Below the pieces are notes generated by a model that was not told where the DNA came from, ran no database searches, and worked only from the letters and a program-made list of their open reading frames with translations. A DNA stretch of 64,000 nt, taken from an uncultured cyanobacterium (GTDB lineage: Bacteria > Cyanobacteriota > Cyanobacteriia > Cyanobacteriales > CAWCAG01). Numbering within the stretch: the first letter of the stretch is position 1; each line of letters starts with the position of its first letter. Position numbers and translations under genes: made by a program. Shown piece after piece: positions 1 to 8,685 of the stretch. Location of the stretch: positions 1,312,001 through 1,376,000 of the forward strand of contig CAWDOD010000002.1 of the NCBI GenBank assembly GCA_963803805.1, written 5' to 3'.

Positions 1-2
1 AC

Positions 3-335
3 GGCTTTGAAAACGATGCTGTTGAGTTAAGCAAGATTAACCAAATAATTAAGGACGCTGCACCACAACTCCTTTTTGTTGGTTTAGGCGCACCGAAACA
101 AGAAAAATGGATTTACGCTCATTATCAAGAACTAAAAGTACCTGTTTCCCTTGGTATTGGTGTCAGTTTTGAGTTAGTTGCAGGAACAGTAAAAAGAGCG
201 CCTAAGTGGATGCAAAAGACAGGATTAGAGTGGTTTTTCCGCTTATTAGTAGAACCAGGCCGCCTTTGGAAGCGTTATGTTTTTGGTAATACTCTTTTCC
301 TTTGGTTAGTTTTGAAGCAACGTTTTTCTCTCTAG
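3..335 (+). CDS. WecB/TagA/CpsF family glycosyltransferase (5'-truncated by window edge)
   Basis: Manual translation of frame 3: ...LLFVGLGAPKQEKW...GIGVSFELVAGTVKRAPKWMQKTGLEWFFRLLVEPGRLWKRY, TAG at 333-335. Confidence 0.9.
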   Translation, partial: GFENDAVELSKINQIIKDAAPQLLFVGLGAPKQEKWIYAHYQELKVPVSLGIGVSFELVAGTVKRAPKWMQKTGLEWFFRLLVEPGRLWKRYVFGNTLFLWLVLKQRFSL

Positions 336-528
336 AAAAACTGAATTTGTAACTTGGAAAAAATTACTTTTAGAAAAGAAAATATCTTTTTATACTGTTT
401 GATTTTTCTTTCAAAAATGACTAAAAGAATTCACTGAATCTTTATAAAAAGAGCCTCAGTCTTCATCCCGTTTTCATATGAATCACCAGATAATGTTACT
501 AACAACTTCCTGATCTGCTCTAATCATT

Positions 529-1251
529 ATGAAACGCCAACTCTTAATCAGCTTAATCGCTACTGCTGCTACAACTGCGACCCTTAGTACATTCTCTGCC
601 AACGCTTTTGCTGGGAGCCTTGTTCCCCAAAAAGAAGGAGAAATTAATGTTGGTCTTGGTTGCATAGATACAGACCCTGATAAGTGCATTGACCCTAGTT
701 CTATACCATTTATTGAAAGCATTGAATCTATTACTGACAGCAGCACAGATGCTAGAAGTCGCCTCTTTGTAGATGATTTTAGTACTGCCAATACTTATGG
801 TAGTGGTACAAATGCTATTCAATTTCAAATAAGAGATGCTGGAACTAACCCTAATAAGTTTTGGTTCCGTCCTTCGGAACACAATGAAGAAAACGGTCAA
901 CTCGAAGTAGGAACCTTTAAGTTTACCTTTACCCAGGCGCTAGCAGATTTGACTATAGATTTCTTTGATACAGAGTCAAAAAATACTACCGGGGTTATCG
1001 CTATTAACGGTGTTGAGTTGAATAGCCCGGAGTGGATAGAAAAAGGCAATGATGGCAATATTGTCAGTCAAACTTTCTTTGACATTACTTCTATAACACT
1101 CAAATTGGGTCACGATAATAATAGAGGTACAGGAGATGGAGTAGATTTCAATGTCAGTAGTGTAGATGTACCTGAACCTGCTGCATTGTTGAGTCTTCTC
1201 GCTGTTGGTTTGGTTGGGGCAGCTTCTAGGAGTAAGAAAGAAAATAATTAA
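529..1251 (+). CDS. LEVG-family PEP-CTERM secreted protein
   Basis: N-terminal signal peptide, internal GQLEVG motif, C-terminal VPEP + hydrophobic helix + basic tail. Confidence 0.85.
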   Translation: MKRQLLISLIATAATTATLSTFSANAFAGSLVPQKEGEINVGLGCIDTDPDKCIDPSSIPFIESIESITDSSTDARSRLFVDDFSTANTYGSGTNAIQFQIRDAGTNPNKFWFRPSEHNEENGQLEVGTFKFTFTQALADLTIDFFDTESKNTTGVIAINGVELNSPEWIEKGNDGNIVSQTFFDITSITLKLGHDNNRGTGDGVDFNVSSVDVPEPAALLSLLAVGLVGAASRSKKENN

Positions 1252-1289
1252 TTCTTGTCGATTATTTCTGGGATGAATAATTGACAATG

Positions 1290-1327
1290 AAAGAGGTTGA
1301 GTTAATTTGGTTCGACTCAACCTCTTT
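1290..1327. terminator. Probable bidirectional intrinsic terminator between convergent PEP-CTERM gene and dps
   Basis: Perfect 13-bp inverted repeat AAAGAGGTTGAGT / ACTCAACCTCTTT. Confidence 0.65.
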
Positions 1328-1367
1328 CCTTTTTGGAGCAAAAATCTCTAACTATTGATGAGAATTA

Positions 1368-1856
1368 TTACTTGAGAATACTCCGTAGCATCCAAGCATT
1401 TTTCTCGTGAGTTCGCATCCTTTCTGTAAGTAAGTCTGCTGTTGATTCATCGTTAGCGCCTTCAGCCGCAGGAAAAGCCGAACGAGCAGTACGAACTACA
1501 GCTTCGTTAGCTTCTACTAAAAGGCGTACCATTTCTTCAGCTTCGGGAACGCCGCGAGTTTCTTTGATAGAAGCTAATTCCATATATTCGCTATAGCTTG
1601 CAGGGGCAGGGTAGCCCAAAGTACGAATACGTTCAGCGATGTCATCCACGGCTAGAGCAAGTTCAGTATACTCTTCTTCAAATAAAGTGTGTAGAGATTG
1701 GAACATTGGCCCAGTGACGTTCCAGTGGAAGTTATGGGTTTTAAGATATAAAGTGTAGCTATCAGCTAAGAGGCTAGAAAGTCCTGCTACAATCTCTTTG
1801 CGATTTTCTTCGCTGATACCAATATTAACTGGGGCTGTCGAACCTACAGTTGCCAT
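1368..1856 (-). CDS. dps: Dps family DNA-protecting ferritin-like protein
   Basis: LYLKTHNFHWNVTGPMF and DDIAERIRTLG ferroxidase motifs, C-terminal HEKNAWML. Confidence 0.95.
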   Translation of the reverse strand: MATVGSTAPVNIGISEENRKEIVAGLSSLLADSYTLYLKTHNFHWNVTGPMFQSLHTLFEEEYTELALAVDDIAERIRTLGYPAPASYSEYMELASIKETRGVPEAEEMVRLLVEANEAVVRTARSAFPAAEGANDESTADLLTERMRTHEKNAWMLRSILK

Positions 1857-1898
1857 AATTTGTCTCCTTGGGTAATTTAATTAACAACTAGACTGCTT

Positions 1899-2162
1899 TT
1901 AAGCCAAATGCCTTTGTAAAACCGAACGAGGTGCGCGGCGTACTCTGCATTTAATGGTTTCTTTGCCTAGACGTTGATGGGCTTCATAACGGTGACAACC
2001 GGAAAAGCCATAGTATTGACCATCTACTTCTAACACGTCTATGGGTTCTCGCAAACCTTCTTTAGCAATTGATTCCATCAGTGCCGCTACTTTATTTTGA
2101 TCGTTTTGGCGGGGTAGAGGACGGCGAATCTGATTTAAAGGAATTTCTTGAATAGCAACCAT
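1899..2162 (-). CDS. srxA: Sulfiredoxin (ParB/Srx fold)
   Basis: 87 aa with FSGCHRYEA catalytic motif. Confidence 0.9.
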   Translation of the reverse strand: MVAIQEIPLNQIRRPLPRQNDQNKVAALMESIAKEGLREPIDVLEVDGQYYGFSGCHRYEAHQRLGKETIKCRVRRAPRSVLQRHLA

Positions 2163-2203
2163 CCTGAATTTTGTTTCCTCCGTTTATTCTCCCTTAGTTA
2201 AAT

Positions 2204-2222
2204 CATACTCGTTATGAGTTTA
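2204..2222 (-). promoter_or_regulatory. Putative FurC/PerR box upstream of srxA-dps
   Basis: TAAACTCATAACGAGTATG, within an imperfect palindrome about 40 bp upstream of srxA; 15/19 match to the Anabaena FurC consensus as I recall it (CAAAATCATAACGACTTTG). Confidence 0.6.
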
Positions 2223-2369
2223 AGCTGCAAGCTTTTTTACTTTCCAGTGGTAAATGGCTTTTATGACGTTAAGCTGATTTGATTTTGGAAAGCTTTGGGA
2301 TGAATCATGCCTCTTACTTAAGCAAATAATTTCGATGGTATTTTTATCTTTTTTAATAAATAATTTCAT

Positions 2370-2383
2370 GTAACAAAAAATAC
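2370..2383. promoter_or_regulatory. Possible NtcA site
   Basis: GTAACAAAAAATAC = GTA-N8-TAC; no well-spaced -10 box found. Confidence 0.3.
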
Positions 2384-2873
2384 CACCTGTATAGCTGTAG
2401 CTAATGAAGTATAGGTTATAAATAATACTTAAAAATAGAATTTTGAAATTTTCTATGAAGAAGAGATATTAATACATTAAAGAATCATTAAAGTCATTTA
2501 CTTAGTATATACTTAGGCATTATTCATGATGTATAGTATTTAAGTCTCAAGAGACAGCCTTGGTTTCTCTCTGAATATAACCAAACATTCATTTTCTACC
2601 ATCAAAGATTTATTGGCTATGAATAAAGCTACATCTTCCTTTTTAACAAGGTCAAGTATTGCCTCATTACCTTTACCTATATTAGCTTCAGCCCAAGCTC
2701 TCCTCACTAAATTTTGGACTAAAGCCAGTTTCCTCATTGGTGTTTCAGCTTTGATGAATACATCTTCAGTTCAAGATTTAAAGCTATTTGGATGTTCAAG
2801 ATAAGTAGTATTACTTCTTTGTTTGATTCCCTTGATCACTCAATGGATATTGTGAATTAGGAGCTTATTTGTT

Positions 2874-3047
2874 GTGAAAATTTCTCTCTTTTTAATTCTA
2901 ATTTTTGTACTAGGTTTTATGGGCCTGTGTAGCGTACCATCATCAGGGGAAATTTGCTCTCCTAGTAACGGAGGAGGAGCCGGTGTAGGGCAAGGTTCTC
3001 ACTCCCAAGGCAACGAAAATATCACCCAGAAGTGTGAAGACTCTTAG
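2874..3047 (+). CDS. Putative small secreted Gly/Cys-containing peptide (57 aa)
   Basis: GTG start with AGGAG upstream; MKISLFLILIFVLGFMGLCSVPSSGEICSPSNGGGAGVGQGSHSQGNENITQKCEDS; shorter than anything in the ORF track. Confidence 0.4.
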   Translation: MKISLFLILIFVLGFMGLCSVPSSGEICSPSNGGGAGVGQGSHSQGNENITQKCEDS

Positions 3048-3230
3048 TAAGAGATGGATGCTAAATATGATGTTGATACCAACAAGAAAGATGGTGGTGA
3101 CAACAACTATGACTTTAGAGGTATATACTAAATTATCAATTACTTTGTTTAGTTGCTATAGATAGATGTAAAAATACGACAATAATCTTTATGCTCCTGG
3201 AAGTAAAACTATTTAACAAAGGAGGATTCT

Positions 3231-3749
3231 ATTTTATTTAACGGTTGGGATAGCATAATTCATACTCTCTGTGTAGGTACTCTTGCTTATGTTTTTATAA
3301 TTATTCTGCTTCGTATTTCTGGAAAGCGAACTTTAGCAAAATGGAATGCTTTTGATTTTGTGGTGACAGTAGCATTCGGTTCTATTTTAGCAAGTATGTT
3401 GTTGTCAAAAAGTACTTCCTTAGTTCAAGGAACTCTAGGATTCGCTCTTTTAGTAGTGCTTCAATTTCTAATTAGCTGGCTTTCTGTTCATTCTGATAAA
3501 TTCCAAGCAGCTATTAAATCAACACCAAGTTTATTGCTTTATCAAGGACAGTTTCAAGAGCATAGTTTACGGAAAGAAAGAGTTACTCAAGGAGAAGTTA
3601 AGGCAGCGATTCGTACTAAAGGTATTGGTGCTATAGAGGATGTAGAAGCTGTGGTTTTGGAAACAGATGGTAGTTTTAGTGTGATTCAAAAGCTCAATGG
3701 TAAATCGGCATCAGCCCTTGTTGATGTGAAAGGATTTCCTCAGAGTTAA
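3231..3749 (+). CDS. DUF421/YetF family membrane protein; start non-canonical (ATT) or lost
   Basis: Family-like sequence (LFNGW...LRISGKRTLAKWNAFDFVVTVAFGS...VVLETDGSFSVI) extends 43 codons upstream of the track's GTG; no ATG/GTG/TTG in that extension; GGAGG lies 5 nt before ATT at 3231. Confidence 0.75.
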   Translation: MLFNGWDSIIHTLCVGTLAYVFIIILLRISGKRTLAKWNAFDFVVTVAFGSILASMLLSKSTSLVQGTLGFALLVVLQFLISWLSVHSDKFQAAIKSTPSLLLYQGQFQEHSLRKERVTQGEVKAAIRTKGIGAIEDVEAVVLETDGSFSVIQKLNGKSASALVDVKGFPQS

Positions 3750-3789
3750 TGGGAGTTAAGCAGATGCTCTATTTTTTGTAAAATGTTTC

Positions 3790-3873
3790 TTATAATTCAT
3801 TTACAAGACCTTCAATAAAGCCTTATAAATATCCTTTGATTTGTTCACGCGTTTGCGAACTGATAGCATTCAT
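3790..3873 (-). pseudogene. N-terminal remnant of a type II restriction endonuclease (HgiBI/TdeIII-like)
   Basis: 14 bp after the MTase stop: MNAISSQTREQIKGYL*GFIEGLVNEL*, resembling my recollection of HgiBI/TdeIII-family N-termini; in-frame stops, then truncation. Confidence 0.55.
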
Positions 3874-3887
3874 AGTTACTTCAAAGT

Positions 3888-5267
3888 TTATAAAATTACT
3901 TTTAAAAGAGATTTAGCAAGATGATAAACAACTGGTACAGAAACAGCATTACCAAGCTGCTTTTTAGCTATAGTTTCTTCTTTGTCCAAAATAAACCAAT
4001 CAGGAAAGCCTTGTAGCCTAGCATAATCTCTTGCAGATAAAGGTCTAAACTTTCGGGGCTTATAGATTTTTTTGATGAAGTCTCTTTTATATATTTCTGG
4101 CTTTTGGCATTTAAGAGATTTTGTGGCTACAAAATCTCTAGTTCCGGTAGCTGTTAAAGTTGCCATCACTTCTGAGTGAGGTAAATAAATTTTGGCAATA
4201 CCATTAATACCTGTAGAAATTTTAGAATTGACAAACTCATAACCTTTAGGGTGAATATAGCGAAGAATTTTTTTAGCTATTAAACTATCAAGTTCTTTTA
4301 AAGTTAAGTTAGGAATCAGTTCTTGCAATACCAATAAACTTAAAGGATTACCATCTTTCTCTCCATATTTCTTCTTACGTCTATTTTTAAGGATTGTCTG
4401 ACAAATAAACTTTTCTTGGGCAGTAGTTTCAATTAAATCCCAGGAATGAATAGTTGTATGCCCATCTCGGATATCGGCAAATGTGAAAAAGTCATTTAGT
4501 TCATCATCTTTTTGGAATCTACCCCGAGAAGCAGGTTTTGTTTCCCCGAATAGTTCTTGAGGAGAAAATTTCTTTTTGTTAATCTGACTAGCTTTGATAC
4601 CTTCAATGAATTGATGAAGCTTAGGTTTCTTGCCTAAAGGTAAAGGGAACTCAAAACAATTACCCTTATGAGTATCTTTTCTAATACCAACTATAAATAC
4701 TCTTTCTCTATCTTGGGATAAGCCAAAATCATAGGAATTGATTAAACGCCACTGTATTTGATATCCCAACTCTCGAAGACTTGTTAAAATAAGAGCAAAA
4801 CTTTCCTGATGTCTTGGTTCGGTTAAACCTTTAACATTTTCCCAAATAAAACCCTTGGGTTGATTATTTTCAACTATTCTAATCACATCAAACCATAGTT
4901 TACCTCTGGGATCTGCAAAGCCTTTGATTTTCCCAGCAATAGACCAAGGTTGGCAAGGAACTCCACCTACTAATAAATCGATATTAGCAAAGGGCAATTT
5001 TCCTAGTTTAGTAATATCTCCCAGGTTCATTTCATGGGCATTAAGATAACTGCCGAAATTCTGGTGGTAAACAGCAACAGATTTGGGGTTAATTTCTGAA
5101 TAACCTAAACATTTACCACCTAACTCTTCTAAAGGAATTCTAAAGCCACCAATACCAGCAAACAAATCGACAAAAGTGAAAGAATAACTATTCCTAATCT
5201 CTATATTTAACGGCTTAGCTAAATTAAACAATTCTAGCTGCTGAACTTGCTGTTTTTCTACAGACAT
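3888..5267 (-). CDS. dcm: DNA (cytosine-5)-methyltransferase, probably HgiBI/CII/EI-like (GGWCC/GGNCC type)
   Basis: Motif I FVDLFAGIGG, motif IV GGVPCQPWSIAG, motif VI ENVKG, motif VIII QDRERVFIVG, motifs IX/X ARLQGFP and QLGNAV; start placed at MSVEKQ. Confidence 0.92.
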   Translation of the reverse strand: MSVEKQQVQQLELFNLAKPLNIEIRNSYSFTFVDLFAGIGGFRIPLEELGGKCLGYSEINPKSVAVYHQNFGSYLNAHEMNLGDITKLGKLPFANIDLLVGGVPCQPWSIAGKIKGFADPRGKLWFDVIRIVENNQPKGFIWENVKGLTEPRHQESFALILTSLRELGYQIQWRLINSYDFGLSQDRERVFIVGIRKDTHKGNCFEFPLPLGKKPKLHQFIEGIKASQINKKKFSPQELFGETKPASRGRFQKDDELNDFFTFADIRDGHTTIHSWDLIETTAQEKFICQTILKNRRKKKYGEKDGNPLSLLVLQELIPNLTLKELDSLIAKKILRYIHPKGYEFVNSKISTGINGIAKIYLPHSEVMATLTATGTRDFVATKSLKCQKPEIYKRDFIKKIYKPRKFRPLSARDYARLQGFPDWFILDKEETIAKKQLGNAVSVPVVYHLAKSLLKVIL

Positions 5268-5406
5268 AATCAAAATATAATCACTTTCTCTTTCTATATC
5301 AATCAACAACCAGCAACTAGCAATTAGCAATAATGTCCATTTCAACATAAAGAGTGGCCATGTTTTATGCTAATCGTTGATTTGGTCATTTATCGGTGAA
5401 ATAGAT

Positions 5407-6798
5407 ATGGTGGATCTTACTCCTAACCCTAGCTTCAGTTTAAGTATTCGCGTCAGTATTCCTAATCAGGCTGGCAGTTTGGCGCGAGTTATCCAAGCGA
5501 TTGCCTCTTGTGGGGGAAATTTAGGACAGATTTCTTTGATAGAACAAACTCGCAAGGTTTCCCAGCGAGAAATCACGGTAGATGCTTCAAGTACTGAACA
5601 CGCCGAGAAAATTGTTGAGGCAGTACAAGCTGTACCAAACACCAAGGTGTTGAAGATTTCTGATCGCACTTTTGATCTCCACCGTGGTGGCAAAATCCAC
5701 ATCCAAAGTAGTTTGCCCCTCAAAGCACAGTCTGACTTGGCGATGGCTTATACTCCTGGGGTGGGGCGCATTTGTAAGGCGATCGCCAAAGATCCTGAAG
5801 AGGTTTATTCTTTAACCATTAAAAGCAATACCGTAGCCATTGTTACTGATGGCAGTGCCGTATTAGGATTAGGTAATCTTGGACCAGAAGGGGCTTTACC
5901 TGTAATGGAAGGTAAGGCGATGCTTTTTAAAGAATTTGCTGGTATTGATGCTTTTCCTCTCTGTTTAGCTACCCAAGAGACTGATGCTATTGTCGAAACT
6001 GTCAAAAACTTAGCCCCGGTATTTGGAGGAGTTAATTTAGAAGATATTAGCGCCCCTCGATGCTTTGAAATTGAAAAACGCTTGCGGCAAGAATTAGATA
6101 TTCCCGTTTTCCATGATGATCAACACGGCACAGCAATTGTGGTTTTAGCGGCACTCTACAACGCCCTGAAACTGGTTAAGAAGCCCTTAGAAGAAGTGAG
6201 AATTGTTATAAATGGGGCTGGGGCTGCTGGGGTTGCCATCGCTTCTTTATTACGCAAAGCGGGGGCCAAAACTATTTGGCTATGCGACTCTAAGGGTTTG
6301 ATTTCTACCAGTCGTAATGATCTCAATCCTCAAAAACAAGCATTTGCCGTCGAAGCTAGCGGAACCTTAGTGGGGGCATTAAAAGGTGCAGATATTTTCT
6401 TAGGAGTAAGCGCCCCTGGAGTCTTGACCCCAGAAATGGTAGAGTCTATGGCGAAAGATGCCATTGTTATGGCTATGGCTAACCCCATTCCCGAAATTCA
6501 GCCAGAATTAGTAGATAATAAGGTTGCTGTCATTGCCACCGGGCGTAGCGACTACGCTAACCAAATTAATAATGTTCTCGCCTTTCCTGGGGTTTTCCGA
6601 GGTGCATTAGACTGTCGGGCGGCTGCCTTAACCACCAATATGTATCTAGAAGCTGCTAATGCGATCGCTTCTTTAGTTTCTCCCACAGATTTAGACAGAG
6701 AACATATAATCCCTTCTGTCTTCGACGAAAGAGTAGCCACCGCCGTGGCTGCCGCCGTTCAAAGGGCAGCAAGACAAGATGGTGTAGCAAAGAAGTAA
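5407..6798 (+). CDS. Malic enzyme with N-terminal ACT domain
   Basis: AYTPGV, DGSAVLGLGNLGP, FHDDQHGTAIV, GAGAAG, ANQINNVLAFPG motifs. Confidence 0.93.
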   Translation: MVDLTPNPSFSLSIRVSIPNQAGSLARVIQAIASCGGNLGQISLIEQTRKVSQREITVDASSTEHAEKIVEAVQAVPNTKVLKISDRTFDLHRGGKIHIQSSLPLKAQSDLAMAYTPGVGRICKAIAKDPEEVYSLTIKSNTVAIVTDGSAVLGLGNLGPEGALPVMEGKAMLFKEFAGIDAFPLCLATQETDAIVETVKNLAPVFGGVNLEDISAPRCFEIEKRLRQELDIPVFHDDQHGTAIVVLAALYNALKLVKKPLEEVRIVINGAGAAGVAIASLLRKAGAKTIWLCDSKGLISTSRNDLNPQKQAFAVEASGTLVGALKGADIFLGVSAPGVLTPEMVESMAKDAIVMAMANPIPEIQPELVDNKVAVIATGRSDYANQINNVLAFPGVFRGALDCRAAALTTNMYLEAANAIASLVSPTDLDREHIIPSVFDERVATAVAAAVQRAARQDGVAKK

Positions 6799-6799
6799 G

Positions 6800-6852
6800 T
6801 TGCTAATGGCTAATGGCTAATTGCTAATTGCTAATTGCTAGTTGCTAGTTGC
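6800..6852. repeat. STRR heptamer tandem repeat (TGGCTAA/TTGCTAA/TTGCTAG)
   Basis: About 7 imperfect 7-mers directly after the malic enzyme stop. Confidence 0.85.
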
Positions 6853-6865
6853 CAACTTATAACTA

Positions 6866-6893
6866 ATACTGAATAGCAACGGCAAGCCATACA
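6866..6893 (+). repeat. 28-bp short dispersed element, C-subtype (degenerate)
   Basis: ATACTGAATAGCAACGGCAAGCCATACA, followed by TGATCAT/TGATAAC heptamers. Confidence 0.65.
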
Positions 6894-6936
6894 CTGATCA
6901 TTGATCATTGATCATTGATAACTGATAACTGAAAAA

Positions 6937-8430
6937 ATGACTATCTCGAAAAAAACTAGATTCCTTGCCAACATTAAAGCGAAAAATAAAAGAGTTCGTA
7001 CTGCTAGTCTTTGGTTTGAAAGGTTGATGGCAATTTTGGCTGCTATCAACCTCCTTTTAGTACTATTTGACTTAAGCTACATTCCCTTAAGAAATTTTTG
7101 GCTACAAGGCAGAATTAATGTTTTTGGAGTCTTGCTTGAAGTACCTCTTCCCCCGGTAACTGATTGGTACGATCCTATTAAAGGTATTGAACCAGAACGA
7201 GATACAACTAAGTACTTAGAACAAGTAGAGGAATTAGAAAATAAACTAATTGGTGAAACTTTAACTTCTCCAGATGTCGCCAAACTTCTTGAAGAATTGC
7301 GTTTTAGAAGTATGGAAATGATTGATACCAATCCTTTTGAAATTGCCAATAAAACAGGGACTTTAGAGAAGATCAAAAATCGGATGCGGGAGCATATTTT
7401 CTCTACAGAAGATGCTTCTTCTAAGGACGCATTTCAGCAATTCTGGAGTCAAGAATATTTAAGGCAAAATAATGGTAAGGAAGAATTAGACTTTTTCAAC
7501 ACAGAAATTCGTCCCCTGATGGAAACCAACTACTATCGCCCCATTGGCGAAAGTGGCGAACCTTTTGATAGATTTGGTTTCCTTGACTTTCCTTTCGGAG
7601 TAATTTTTGCTATCGAACTTCTAGCCCGTAGTTGGTTTATTAGTCGTAGTCGTACTGGGGTTAGTTGGTTAGATGCAATGTTGTGGCGTTGGTACGATAT
7701 TTTCTTGTTAATTCCTGTTTTCCGGTGGTTACGTTTTATTCCTGTCACCATTCGTTTAAGCCAAGCAGAATTAATCGATCTCAATAAGATTAAGAAGCAA
7801 GCAAGTCAAGGTTTTGTAGCCGGTATTGCTGAGGATTTAACGGAAGTGGTAATTGTTAGTACCCTCAACCAAGTTCAAGGTTCCATTCGCCGAGGGGAGA
7901 TTGCCAAAATCATCTCTCAGCAAGAGGCCAATCCTTATATTGATATTAACAATACTAACGAAACAGCAGAGATTGCTAAGTTAGTAATCGAAATGTTTGT
8001 CTATCAAGTATTGCCAAAAATAAAACCGGATGTAGAGGCTTTATTGCAACATAATATTAGCAAAGTTTTTACTGAATTACCTGCCCATGAAGGTATACAA
8101 ATGCTTCCGGGAGTAGAAACTATAGAAAGAAATTTAATTAAACAACTATCAGCAAGAATTTTTCAAACAGTTAATGAAAGTCTCCAAGGTGCTTTAAAAG
8201 AGGATAAAGTCAATGAGGAGTTGATGGAGCATTTAATTGAAAAGCTTAGTAAAGTTTTGGCCGAAGAAATTCAAGCAAAACAAACGATAGAAACTATTCA
8301 ATCTTTATTAGACGCTCTCATTGAAGAAATCAAAATTAACTACGTTGAACGCCTTTCTCAAGAAGATGTCGAAGAAATTCTAGAACAAACAAGAGCTTTA
8401 CGTCAAATGACTCGAAACGTTAAACCATGA
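6937..8430 (+). CDS. Hypothetical membrane protein
   Basis: 497-aa ORF with several hydrophobic segments and WRWYDIFLLIP..RWLRFIP motif. Confidence 0.75.
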   Translation: MTISKKTRFLANIKAKNKRVRTASLWFERLMAILAAINLLLVLFDLSYIPLRNFWLQGRINVFGVLLEVPLPPVTDWYDPIKGIEPERDTTKYLEQVEELENKLIGETLTSPDVAKLLEELRFRSMEMIDTNPFEIANKTGTLEKIKNRMREHIFSTEDASSKDAFQQFWSQEYLRQNNGKEELDFFNTEIRPLMETNYYRPIGESGEPFDRFGFLDFPFGVIFAIELLARSWFISRSRTGVSWLDAMLWRWYDIFLLIPVFRWLRFIPVTIRLSQAELIDLNKIKKQASQGFVAGIAEDLTEVVIVSTLNQVQGSIRRGEIAKIISQQEANPYIDINNTNETAEIAKLVIEMFVYQVLPKIKPDVEALLQHNISKVFTELPAHEGIQMLPGVETIERNLIKQLSARIFQTVNESLQGALKEDKVNEELMEHLIEKLSKVLAEEIQAKQTIETIQSLLDALIEEIKINYVERLSQEDVEEILEQTRALRQMTRNVKP

Positions 8431-8442
8431 ACAATTATCAAT

Positions 8443-8560
8443 TATAGCAATTCTGCGACTTGTGAGGTACAGCATAGATTCTGGTTTTTGCTAATAGCTA
8501 GTGGTTGGTGGAAATATGGAAATAGACCAAATGTACCTCATGAATTTTTAGTAACCTAAT
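8443..8560. mobile_element. MITE-like element, copy 1 (right end degenerate)
   Basis: Clearly alignable to 12706-12832; TATAGCAATTCT...TGAGGTAC ... GTACCTCA inverted ends. Confidence 0.6.
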
Positions 8561-8685
8561 AGAGCAAAACATAATTTAGTTAAGAATTTTATCTTTGCGA
8601 TTTTGCAACTGTCACAGAAATAGAAAAACCAGCAAAAGCTAGAGGTAAGCTTACAACTATAAAGAAGCATTACTTGAATAAGATC

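Noticed and set aside
2540-2804. Overlapping 65-aa (-) and 63-aa (+) ORFs
   Set aside because: No recognisable motif or SD; cannot tell which, if either, is real. Possibly decayed sequence.
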